Assembly (NCBI GenBank): GCA_016201825.1
Contig: JACQCD010000067.1
Location: 1 to 58,630 of the forward strand
Length of the DNA: 58,630 nucleotides
Reading direction: 5' to 3'
Origin: Nitrospirota bacterium
GTDB lineage: Bacteria > Nitrospirota > Nitrospiria > 2-01-FULL-66-17
The notes beneath the pieces are model-generated. The model was not told where the DNA came from and ran no database searches. It saw nothing but the letters and a program-made list of their open reading frames with translations. The position numbers and the translations under genes are program-made. Below are positions 58,421-58,630 of this stretch, one piece after another; the first letter of the stretch is position 1, and each line of letters begins with the position of its first letter.

Positions 58421-58630
58421 ATGGCCGCGAAATCAAAACAACGGAAGCAGACCAGTAACGGCGGCAACCTGGGCTTCGAGGCCAAGCTCTGGCAGATGGC
58501 CGACGGGCTGCGCAACAACATGGACGCGGCGGAGTACAAACACGTTGTCCTCGGCCTGATCTTCCTCAAGTACATCTCCGACGCGTTCGAGGCCAAACAC
58601 GCGGAACTCCAAGCCGAAGAGAAACAGGGC
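58421..58630 (+). CDS. hsdM: Type I restriction-modification methyltransferase subunit, 5' part (runs off window)
   Basis: [42 protein letters not shown]; GAGGA SD before ATG 58421. Confidence 0.92.
   Translation, partial: MAAKSKQRKQTSNGGNLGFEAKLWQMADGLRNNMDAAEYKHVVLGLIFLKYISDAFEAKHAELQAEEKQG

Overview
This is a GC-rich chromosomal segment of a diderm (LPS-bearing) bacterium. Gene content and order suggest a Nitrospirota/deltaproteobacteria-like lineage (inference). The backbone is housekeeping and envelope genes: queE, pepA, nagZ, rluD-like, lspA-ileS, murU-amgK, lpxC, murJ, rpsT, holA-lptE-leuS, mazG, cutA, an M23 peptidase, secA, a diguanylate cyclase, a FIST protein, an M32 carboxypeptidase and tesA-ybbA-ybbP. 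The centre (24.5-42.7 kb) holds two back-to-back type IV filament gene sets. The first is an F-E-M-N-O-P set whose platform gene carries a frameshifting deletion. The second is an MSHA-like set with tandem major pilins, an MshP/PilX-like pilin carrying phage-virion-like modules, a MerR-like regulator and pilMNOPQ. Both edges look accessory: a probable IS end with darG-like and vapC-like fragments on the left, and the start of a type I restriction-modification hsdM on the right. The most unusual signals are (1) a promoter/operator, coiled-coil/winged-helix gene, 15-codon Lys-rich micro-ORF and terminator unit, (2) the chimeric minor pilin, and (3) an apparently inactive M1-peptidase fused to an Omp85-type barrel. 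No rRNA, tRNA or CRISPR array was recognised. All family calls are from motif recognition by eye, not database searches.
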